Shown: one piece after another, positions 9,624-17,414 of the stretch | Layout of the letters: each line of letters starts with the position of its first letter | Numbering within the stretch: position 1 is the first letter of the stretch | Source: an uncultured delta proteobacterium | GTDB lineage: Bacteria; Myxococcota_A; Polyangia; Polyangiales; Polyangiaceae | Assembly (NCBI GenBank): GCA_963827955.1 | Contig: CAWHDJ010000018.1 | Location: 1,245,297 to 1,309,296 of the forward strand | Reading direction: 5' to 3' | Length of the DNA: 64,000 nt | Position numbers and translations under genes: made by a program | The notes under the pieces: generated by a model | What the model saw: only the letters and a program-made list of their open reading frames with translations | What the model was told of the DNA's origin: nothing | Databases searched by the model: none

Positions 9624-10292
9624 ATGAGTACCGCCAGCGATGCGGCGAGGGTGGATCTGCCCCTCCCGAACACCATCAACGCCAAGGAAGTCGTCACGAC
9701 GTGCACCGCCCAGTCGGGCGTCATCAAGCAGTGCGCCGCCTACGCGAGCACGCCGACCGTGCAGGCCACGGTCGTCGACAGGGACAACGCCGTCGCCGCG
9801 CTCGCGACGACCGACGGCAAGATCGACAACCTGGAGGCCCAGGTCCGGACGCTGAAGACGACGCGCGTGCAGCAGATCTCCACCGTCCGTCTGAAGCACG
9901 ACAACGTTGAGGCGGCGCTCAACACCGCCAGCAACGGCGATCCGGCCGCCGCTCAGGCCTGGGTGGGGAAGACCAAGGCGCGCGCCAAGCCCGTCCCCGT
10001 GACCCAGGACGTGACGCCGCCCACGGGCGCGAGCCTCCGGTCCCTCAAGAAGCAGCACGGCGTGGTGATGGCCCGCTGCAACCCCGAGCCCAGCGCCGAG
10101 GGCTACCTGTTCCAGACGGGCGGCGACCCGAACCACCCGGAGACCTGGCCGGCCCCGGCGTTCAGCAAGGGCCACACGTTCAAGCTCAGGAACCAGCCGA
10201 TCGGGGCGACCGTCAACCTGCGCATCGCCATCGTCCGCCGCGGCTCCGTGCAGTCGCAGTACACGCAGGTGCTCCAGGTGGTCGTCACCTGA
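9624..10292 (+). CDS. Hypothetical protein (222 aa) with a central coiled-coil and a beta-rich C-terminal domain
   Basis: Strong SD (aaggagaag) 6 nt before the ATG at 9624. Coiled-coil segment IDNLEAQVRTLKTTRVQQISTVRLKHDNVEAALN. No signal peptide. It is divergent from the 8628-9359 gene. Confidence 0.55.
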   Translation: MSTASDAARVDLPLPNTINAKEVVTTCTAQSGVIKQCAAYASTPTVQATVVDRDNAVAALATTDGKIDNLEAQVRTLKTTRVQQISTVRLKHDNVEAALNTASNGDPAAAQAWVGKTKARAKPVPVTQDVTPPTGASLRSLKKQHGVVMARCNPEPSAEGYLFQTGGDPNHPETWPAPAFSKGHTFKLRNQPIGATVNLRIAIVRRGSVQSQYTQVLQVVVT

Positions 10293-10391
10293 GCGCGGCG
10301 GCAGGAGAGCGCCCGCGCCCTCACGCCCCAGGTCGGGCGTGACGGGCGCGGGCCAAGCTCCTCCCGCCCCTCGGGTCTCAGCTCCCGCCCC

Positions 10392-11918
10392 ATGCGCGCG
10401 CCCCCCAAGCTCCTCCTCGCCTCCCTCGCCCTGGCCGCCTGCGCCGAGCGCCCGCTGCCGCCTCCGCCCGAAGCGCCCTCGCAGCCGCAGCCGCAGCGCG
10501 TCGAGCGAGCCCCGGTCCCTGAGGTCGTCGCCGACGACGGGCCTCCCCCCGGCGCGACGCCCGTGGTCCTCCGTGGCATCCCGCACGTGCGGCAGAAGCC
10601 CGACTTCTGCGGCGAGGCGTGCGCCGAGATGGTCCTCGCCTGGATGGGTCGGAAGGGGACGCAGGACGATGTGTTCGACCTGTCCGGCATCGACCCGGCG
10701 CTCGGCCGCGGGGCCATCACGCCGGAGCTGAAGCGGGGTCTCACGCGCCTCGGCTTCCGGGTCGGCGACGTGTGGTACCCCGTCCAGGCGGCGCACGCCC
10801 CTGCGGAGCTGTCGCGGCAGTTCGCCGCGGTGTACGCCGACCTCGCGCGCGGCGTGCCCTCGATCGTGTGCATGCACTACGACGAGACCCCGCACACGAC
10901 GGAGCACTTCCGCCTCGTGGTCGGCTACGACCCGGCGACGGACGAGGTGATCTACCACGAGCCGGCGGAGGACCACGGCGCCTACCGGCGGATGAAGCGC
11001 GCGCGCATGCTCCGCCTCTGGCCGCTGAAGTACGACCCGGCGCGCTGGACGCTCATCCGGTTCCGCCTCGATCTCGACCCCGCCGCCGCGCGCGCCGCGG
11101 GCCCTCCCGAGCGGGAGCTGAACCACGGCCACACGGCCGCCGAGTACGCGCAGCACGTGCTGGCGCTCCAGCGGCGCCTGGGGCCCGGCTTCACCGTGCG
11201 GCTGGAGCCGCCCTTCGTCGTCGCGGGCGACGAGCCGGAGGACATGGTGCGCGCCCGGACGGTGGAGGTCGTGCGCTGGGCCGCGGCGAAGCTCCGGGCG
11301 GACTTCTTCGAGAAGGAGCCCGCGCGCATCCTCGACGTCCTGCTCTTCAAGGACGCGCGCAGCTACCGCACGCGGGCCATCGACCTGTTCCACAGCGAGC
11401 CCACGACGCCCTACGGCTACTACACGTCGGAGAACGGGGCGCTCGTGATGAACATCGCGACGGGCGGCGGCACGCTCGTCCACGAGATGGTCCACCCGTT
11501 CGTCGAGGCCGACTTCCCGGACGCGCCGCCGTGGCTCAACGAGGGGCTGGGCTCGCTCTTCGAGCAGTCCGATGAGCGCGACGGGCACATCGTCGGCCTC
11601 ACCAACTGGCGCCTCGCCGGCCTCCAGCGCGCCATCGCCGAGCACCGCGTGCCGCCCATCGAGGGGCTGCTCCTCGCCGACGCCCACGCGTTCTACGACG
11701 AGGACCAGGGCACCAACTACGCGGTGGCACGCTACCTCTGCTACTACCTCCAGGAGCGCGGCCTGCTCGTGCGCTTCTACCATGAGTTCAGGGCGCACGC
11801 GGCGAGCGACCCGCACGGGATCGCGACGCTGAAGGGCGTGCTCGAGGAGACGGATCTCGCCGACTTCCAGCGGCGCTGGGAGGGGTACGTGGCCCGGCTG
11901 CGCTTCCCGCAGCGCTAG
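10392..11918 (+). CDS. Secreted lipoprotein with an N-terminal C39-like cysteine peptidase domain and a C-terminal HExxH zincin-like domain (DUF1570-like)
   Basis: Signal LLLASLALAACAE. Peptidase_C39_2 motifs: catalytic Cys in PDFCGEACAEMVLAWMG, and His in TTEHFRLVVGYDPATDEVIYHEP. C-terminal LVHEMVHPF…NEGLGSLFE, a zinc-metalloprotease-like motif. Confidence 0.7.
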   Translation: MRAPPKLLLASLALAACAERPLPPPPEAPSQPQPQRVERAPVPEVVADDGPPPGATPVVLRGIPHVRQKPDFCGEACAEMVLAWMGRKGTQDDVFDLSGIDPALGRGAITPELKRGLTRLGFRVGDVWYPVQAAHAPAELSRQFAAVYADLARGVPSIVCMHYDETPHTTEHFRLVVGYDPATDEVIYHEPAEDHGAYRRMKRARMLRLWPLKYDPARWTLIRFRLDLDPAAARAAGPPERELNHGHTAAEYAQHVLALQRRLGPGFTVRLEPPFVVAGDEPEDMVRARTVEVVRWAAAKLRADFFEKEPARILDVLLFKDARSYRTRAIDLFHSEPTTPYGYYTSENGALVMNIATGGGTLVHEMVHPFVEADFPDAPPWLNEGLGSLFEQSDERDGHIVGLTNWRLAGLQRAIAEHRVPPIEGLLLADAHAFYDEDQGTNYAVARYLCYYLQERGLLVRFYHEFRAHAASDPHGIATLKGVLEETDLADFQRRWEGYVARLRFPQR

Positions 11919-11957
11919 TACTCCTGCGTCATTGGCCCCATAGACATAAGCGAATCA

Positions 11958-12047
11958 ACCTACCGAACCGGAAGCGGCAGCGCCCGGCCGCGAGCGGTAG
12001 CGAGCCGGCTCGCTTCCGCTCGCGGCCGGGCGCTGCCGCTTCCGGTT
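11958..12047. terminator. 90-bp near-perfect palindrome between convergent genes. It is a bidirectional terminator or REP-like hairpin.
   Basis: ccgaaccggaagcggcagcgcccggccgcgagcgg…agcgagccggctcgct…ccgctcgcggccgggcgctgccgcttccggttcgg. The arms are exact reverse complements, and the centre (agcgagccggctcgct) is itself palindromic. Confidence 0.6.
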
Positions 12048-12123
12048 CGGATGGCTGTACCTGACCCTGGAGGAGGGCGCGGGCGAGCGCGACGGCGGTA
12101 CAGTGACGCAGTGATGCTGGGGA

Positions 12124-12576
12124 TCAGCCGCTGGTGACGGGCGTGCGGGTGGCTTCGTCGACCGAGACGTCGGCGTCGATCGAGATCGCGCCCGCGGTGT
12201 CGATGGTGACCTGGTAGTGCTGGAGCGGGGAGCTGGCCGGTCCGCGGAGGACGTTGCCGTTCGCGTCGAACTGGCTTCCGTGGCAGAAGCAGGCGATGCC
12301 CTGCGGCGAGACGGATCCCTGGCCGTTCATCTCGCAGCCGGCGTGCGTGCAGACGAGCGACATCGCGTAGACGCCCTGCGCGTCGCGGCCGACGGCGAGC
12401 GGCGCCGACGAGAGCGCGGTGAGCGACCCGACGGGGACGCTGCTCACGTTGCCCCCGTCGTACGTGCCGCTCAGCGCGCCTCCGCAGCCGACGCCGAGCG
12501 ACGCTGCGCCGGCGAGCACGCTGCCGCCGGCCACGACCTGGAGGAAACGACGCCTGTGACAGACTTGGCTCGACAT
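12124..12576 (-). CDS. Tat-exported Rieske [2Fe-2S] protein
   Basis: Twin-arginine signal SQVCHRRRFLQVVAGG. Rieske boxes CTHAGC…CFCHGSQF. Confidence 0.75.
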   Translation of the reverse strand: MSSQVCHRRRFLQVVAGGSVLAGAASLGVGCGGALSGTYDGGNVSSVPVGSLTALSSAPLAVGRDAQGVYAMSLVCTHAGCEMNGQGSVSPQGIACFCHGSQFDANGNVLRGPASSPLQHYQVTIDTAGAISIDADVSVDEATRTPVTSG

Positions 12577-12687
12577 GAGGAAGCTACTCCTTGGAAGCGC
12601 CCGGCGTGGGCCCGGGCTGGCTTGCATGCGTCCTTCGCCCCGGCGCCGAGGATCCTTCAGGCGCCGGACGGGGCAAGCCGTCCCCGC

Positions 12688-13558
12688 TCAGCTACGGTAC
12701 CGCTCCTCCCATGCGCGCCGCCCGTCGAAGCCGAGGCGGGTGAGCCGCGGGAGCGCGACCCCCTCGATCGCCTGGTAGAAGGCGTCGACGCGCAGCTCGG
12801 GTGGGATCACGCCGAGCTCGACCAGCGCGGGGTCGACCGCGCCGTCACCTGCTTCGAGCCTTCGGAGCGCGGGCAGCGCGGCGCCCTGCTCGAACGCGCC
12901 GAGGCTCCGCGACAAATCGCGCTGGAGCAGCTCGCGCACCTCGTCCGAGCACTCCGGCACGAGTTCGACGGCCGCGTGCCAGCAGAGCGTGGCGTGGCGG
13001 GCCTCGTCCCGCAGGATGGCGGAGAGCGCCGCGCGCGTGCAAGGCTCCCGGGCGCCGCGCCGGCCGGCGCGGAAGAGCCCGACCAACACGGTCTCGCCGA
13101 CCGCGCCCTCGAAGAGCAGGAGCGAGAGCGCCTGCCTCCCACGGTCGCCCGCGTGCGCAGAGAGCCTCGCGCGGACGCGCTCGAGATTCCGCCGCAGGTG
13201 GGGGCGCGCCGAAGCGGACCGAGAGGTCGAGGCAGAGGGTGGCGTGGGCGATCTCGTCGCGCACGACGCGCTCGAGCGCGGCGGTGAGGTCGAGCGGGGC
13301 GCCGAGGTGGAGGCAGCCCGCGACGATCTCGGCGAACACCGCGGCCGAGCGGTACTCCTCCTCGGCCTTCAACGTCCAGGCGCGCGCGGCGAAGGCGACG
13401 TGGGCAGGGTCGTAGCGCGAGACGTCGGGCGGCGGGAGCGCGCTGGAGAGCGAAGGGCCGCCCCGGCGGGCGAGGTAAGAGGAGGCGGTGCGGCGGAGTG
13501 GCTTCACGGTCCGGGGGACAGGATACGGGACTTCGCGCCGGCGGGCCCGGGTAGCCAC
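12688..13558 (-). CDS. Ferritin-like diiron-carboxylate protein (two ExxH half-sites). It has a +1 frameshift at the G5 run at 13197-13201.
   Basis: VRDEIAHATLCLD and LRDEARHATLCWH (duplicated four-helix-bundle halves). Removing one base from the G5 run joins ORFs 12845..13558 and 12688..13089 into one clean reading (…LSVRFGAPHLRRNLERVRARLSAHAGDRGRQALSLLLFEGAVGETVLVGLFRAG…). Confidence 0.6.
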
Positions 13559-13574
13559 CGGCGAAGCTCCTCGC

Positions 13575-13808
13575 TCACTTCGTGCAGTAGTCGCTGCAGA
13601 TGACGCCCACGCCGCCGCACGCGGCCGCGACGGCGACGACGCAGGGGATGCCCGCCACGCCGAGGGTCAAGAGGGTTCCGGCCGCGCACATCGTGGTGGT
13701 CACGGTGCACCCGGCGGCCGTCGCGGCCGCGCACGCGACGAGGCACGGGAGATGAGAGCGCTCGTGCTGCGGGGTTGGCGCGGTCGCCGGCGCGTGCCGC
13801 GGCTTCAT
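13575..13808 (-). CDS. Small hydrophobic Cys-rich protein (about 77 aa, 8 Cys). It is the first gene of an apparent operon with the ferritin-like and Rieske genes.
   Basis: MKPRHAPATAPTPQHERSHLPCLVACAAATAAGCTVTTTMCAAGTLLTLGVAGIPCVVAVAAACGGVGVICSDYCTK. Third-position GC is above 90%, consistent with coding. Its stop lies 17 bp upstream of the ferritin-like start. Confidence 0.35.
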   Translation of the reverse strand: MKPRHAPATAPTPQHERSHLPCLVACAAATAAGCTVTTTMCAAGTLLTLGVAGIPCVVAVAAACGGVGVICSDYCTK

Positions 13809-13978
13809 GGGGTGGGAATTTTCCGGTGCGTCGGCGCTGTCCAGGCCGGCCATGGGGAGCGTGCACGGGATGGATAGCGAAAGCGCGGCGACGAGGTGAC
13901 GCATGCCCCCTCCTGTCTGTCGCGGTCATGCGTTGCGAGATCCGCGCCGCGGCCGGGCTGAGCAAGGAGGGGGCAGCC

Positions 13979-14689
13979 TCAGGTGTGCGCGGCCAGCGCC
14001 GCGTCGACGATCTCCACCGCCAGCCTCACCTCTTCTTCGCCCAGCGCCGCGTCGTCCCCCTGGCTCGCCGCGAGCAGCCGCTCGCGCCTCTCACCGCGCA
14101 GGAGCAGGCGCGCGCCGCCGCACGCTCGGCAGATCAGCCCGCCCTCGCCCGGGTCGAGGTAGGCGCTCGCGCCGGGCTCGCACGGCTTGCCGCAGCGGAC
14201 GCAGCGCGCGAGGTCCATGCCCCAGCCGACGGCGATCAGGAGCCGGAGGCCCATGCCCGCGACGAGGGCGTCGGGGGATGGGTCGGCCTCGGGGGCGTCG
14301 AGGCGGTCGAGCAGGGCGTTGATCTCGAGCCAGAGCGCCGGCTCCGGGGTGTGCGGGGGGGCGGCGCGGCGGACCCAGCGCAGGGCACGGCCGGCGGCCT
14401 CGAGGCGGTCGAGGCTCGCCGTGAGGCCGAGGCGGGGGCGGACGAGGGTGCTCTCGACCAGGAAGGCGACGTCGCCGGCGACGCGCTCCTCCAGCCCCAC
14501 GCGGAGCAGGTGCATCGGCTCCAGGGCGGGGAAGCGGTGGCGGGAGCGGCGCGCCGAGCGGGCGACCGCGGCGAGGACGCCCTTGGCCTCGGTGAAGAGG
14601 GTGACCATGGCGTCGGCGTCGCCGAACGGGACGCTACGGACGAGCAGGGCCTCCGTGCGGAGGCGCTCGCGGGCGGTCCTGGACGCCAT
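13979..14689 (-). CDS. recO: DNA repair protein RecO
   Basis: RecO N-terminal OB fold (LRTEALLVRSVPFGDADAMVTLFT) and C-terminal zinc finger CVRCG…CRACGG. Confidence 0.8.
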   Translation of the reverse strand: MASRTARERLRTEALLVRSVPFGDADAMVTLFTEAKGVLAAVARSARRSRHRFPALEPMHLLRVGLEERVAGDVAFLVESTLVRPRLGLTASLDRLEAAGRALRWVRRAAPPHTPEPALWLEINALLDRLDAPEADPSPDALVAGMGLRLLIAVGWGMDLARCVRCGKPCEPGASAYLDPGEGGLICRACGGARLLLRGERRERLLAASQGDDAALGEEEVRLAVEIVDAALAAHT

Positions 14690-14799
14690 CCCGTCAAGCC
14701 ATAGCACCGCCCCTCCCAAACAGGACCGGTCCCGATGGGGGGAGACCCCCATACCCCCCGGATCAGATGGTGAGCCGTTCTACCAGGGGCGGGCGTCAG

Positions 14800-15237
14800 T
14801 TAGACCAAGGTGGTAACGCTCACGCTCACGGCCTGCGACAGCTCCGGGGGCATGTCGTGCCCTTCGCCCTTCCGCGGGCGGAGGACGATGCTCAGCGCGA
14901 GCGTGAACAGGATGAGCAGGACCACGAAGGCGATGGCCACGCCGAAGCGCTTGCCCGAGGAGCGGCGCGCCGGCGCCGCGATGGGGAGCGGGGTGACCCA
15001 GGCGACGCGGCGGCTGGCCGTGTACCGGGCGAGCACGTCGTCGACCGAGAGCGAGACGGCCCGCGCGTACGCCTTCAAGAACCCTCGGACGAACACTTCG
15101 CCGGGCAGGTCGTCGAAATGGTCCGCCTCGATCCTGTCGATCGAGGTGACGGGGATGCGCGTCGCGCGGGAGACCTCCTCCACGCTCATCGCCCTCGCCT
15201 CTCGGGTTCGCTTCAGGTAGCGGCCGATCGAGTCCAT
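14800..15237 (-). CDS. HTH (XRE-type) membrane-anchored protein, RodZ-like
   Basis: N-terminal HTH GRYLKRTREARAMSVEEVSRATRIPVTSIDRIE, one TM segment FGVAIAFVVLLILFTLALSIV. Confidence 0.6.
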   Translation of the reverse strand: MDSIGRYLKRTREARAMSVEEVSRATRIPVTSIDRIEADHFDDLPGEVFVRGFLKAYARAVSLSVDDVLARYTASRRVAWVTPLPIAAPARRSSGKRFGVAIAFVVLLILFTLALSIVLRPRKGEGHDMPPELSQAVSVSVTTLV

Positions 15238-15366
15238 TTCCTTCCTAGTCGTCCGTCGTCGTTCAAGGGGTTGAGGTCGTGGAGCCGCTGAGCGTTCCTT
15301 CCGTTCGCTGCGGTCGCGACGCGCTGCTGACTGCCGGAGCGGCAGGCCGGCTCGCGCCGCGCAAAG

Positions 15367-16252
15367 TTACTGATAAGCGCCGGCTGGGCCGGGGGTATGG
15401 GGGTCTCCCCCATCGTTGTTAAGCTGGGCCGCGCACCTCTGGCCCGTCAGCGTCTGCGCGCTGATGTCGCGGCAGCGCTCCAGGTCGCCACGCGCCTCGT
15501 CCTTGAAGCCTTGCCGCTGGAGGACGCGTGCCCGAGCGCTGTAAGCGTCCTGCAGCCTCTTGCACTGCGGCGCGTCGGTGTCCACCGCCTTCGTCAACGA
15601 GTCGCGGGCGAGGAGCGAGATCCCCACGCTTCTCGTAGGCGAGGCCGAGGCGGTAGCGGCCGACGCAGAAGAGCGGTTGCACGGCGACGGCGCGGCTCAG
15701 GGCGTCGATCGCCTCGGCCGTGCTGCCGCGCTCGAGGTACGCCCAGCCGAGGTTGCCCCACGCGTTCTCGGGGCTCGCGTAGACGAGATCCTCCGTGAGC
15801 GGCTTGAGGACGGCGATGGCGTCGTCGTAGCGCTGCTCGTGGACCAGGATGACGCCGAGCGCGTTCTTGGCGTCGCGGTGATCGGCGTCGATCTCGAGCG
15901 TCCGCCGGGCGTAGGACTCGGCCTCCTTCAAGCGGCAGTCGGGCGACGTCTCGTCGTAGGCGCAGAGCTGGAGCAGGACCATCGCCCCGAGGTACGTGGC
16001 GGCGGAGTTGTCCGGGTTGAGCTTCAGCGCGCGCTGGACGTGATCGTACGCCTCGCGCGCGCGGCCGCGCTGGAGCGCGTCGGCGGCGAGGTCCTGCTCG
16101 GCGCGGGATCGCGCCTCCTCCTGGCTGGTCGGGCCGCGGGCGAAGCAGCTCGTGAGGCTGGTGACGCTCGTCACGGCGAAGACGGCGACGGAGTAGGCCG
16201 CGGCTCGCCGCGCCCTCCGTGCTCGTCCTGCGCCGTGTCGTCCGTCTGCCAT
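15367..16252 (-). CDS. TPR-repeat lipoprotein. It has a frameshift at a G4/C4 run near 15630.
   Basis: Signal and lipobox SVAVFAVTSVTSLTSCFA. TPR-like helices (AYDHVQRALKLNPDNSAATYLGAMVLLQL…). ORFs 15419..16390 and 15367..15627 join at …GLAYEKRG/…. Confidence 0.6.
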
Positions 16253-16556
16253 CGGCTCCCTGTCCAGGGCGCGCTTGCCCCCGTTCGGCTTCGCTGTCCA
16301 GTCCGAAAGACCCCGGGAGGGGCGTCGGCGGCACAGCCGAGCCGAGCCCTGGGGTGACCCCTGGGTAACCGAGATGGTCCGCATCGTCAACCCGCGTCAG
16401 GCTCGAACGATGCTCTTTTTCACGTGTAGGATGATGAGGGTGTTGCGGCAGCGCCACGGTGCGGATACGCTCGACGCGCGCGGCACGCGTGTTCTCTCCG
16501 CGAAGACTGGTCACACGGCGTGGTCGCCGCGGTGACCGGAGGAGAGCGTCACGCTG

Positions 16557-17234
16557 TCACGCTTGGCTCTCCGCGCGGATCTCGTCCTTCACGCCGAGCA
16601 GCCCGTAGAGCTTGCGGAGCGCGTCGATGTCCGGCACCTCGAGCCGGCCCTCGGAGACACGCAGGTACTGCCCCTCGCGGAGCTGCTGGACGGTGCGCTT
16701 CACCGTGTCGACGTCGAGGCCGACGCGCGCCGAGAGCTCCATCGGCGACATCGCGAACGAGGCGCCGGCGCCTTCTCCCCGCTCCTTGTGCGCGAGCTTG
16801 AGCAGCGCCGCGACCACCTTGGACTGGGTGTCGCTGAGCATCATGATCTCAATCTGGTCCTCGGCCTCGAGCACGCGGAGCGAGAGCTGCTCGACCATCC
16901 GCGCCGCCGCGGCCGGGTCGCGCTCGAGGAGGCGCGGCAGGATGCGCGGATCGATGACGCGCGCGAGGCCGTAGGTGAGCGCGACCGCGGTCGTGGGACG
17001 CGGTGTGCTCGGGACGAGCGCGGACTCGCCGAAGAGGTCGCCGGGCTTGAGGACGGAGAGGCTGCGCCCCTCGCCGCGCACCTTCTTGACGAGGCGGACC
17101 GAGCCCTCCTCGAGCAGGTAGGCCTCCGAGCCCGGGTCGCCCTGGCGGAAGATCACCTCGCCCTGCTGGAAGCCGCGCACCGCGGTGGACAGGGGCGCGG
17201 GCGGTTCGGACGTCGGGTCGGGCACGTGGCTCAT
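16557..17234 (-). CDS. Crp/Fnr-family transcriptional regulator
   Basis: cNMP-binding beta-roll (GEVIFRQGDPGSEAYLLEEGSVRLVK…GDLFGESAL) and a C-terminal HTH (MSPMELSARVGLDVDTVKRTVQQL). Confidence 0.8.
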   Translation of the reverse strand: MSHVPDPTSEPPAPLSTAVRGFQQGEVIFRQGDPGSEAYLLEEGSVRLVKKVRGEGRSLSVLKPGDLFGESALVPSTPRPTTAVALTYGLARVIDPRILPRLLERDPAAAARMVEQLSLRVLEAEDQIEIMMLSDTQSKVVAALLKLAHKERGEGAGASFAMSPMELSARVGLDVDTVKRTVQQLREGQYLRVSEGRLEVPDIDALRKLYGLLGVKDEIRAESQA

Positions 17235-17414
17235 CGGCCCCGGAGTCTACTCCCAGGCGGCCGGCGTTTTTCAAAGGCTGCCAGGGTCGGGTGGGGATCG
17301 GGGAATCCAGCGATGGATCCTCGAAGCACCATGTCCGCCACGGGAAAGCCCGCGAGACACAGCGGTGGCGTACATTTCTAGCCTGGGTCCAAAAATTGCT
17401 TGGCGGGCGCGCGC

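Noticed and set aside
8628-11816. A 1062-aa minus-strand ORF
   Set aside because: Only its last about 243 aa (8628-9359) look like protein. The rest is Arg/Ala/Val-rich antisense of the C39-zincin gene, as expected for stop-poor frames at 70% GC.
12807-13415. Third-frame and plus-strand ORFs across the ferritin-like gene
   Set aside because: They are Arg/Ser-rich junk. The true reading is recovered by correcting a single homopolymer indel.
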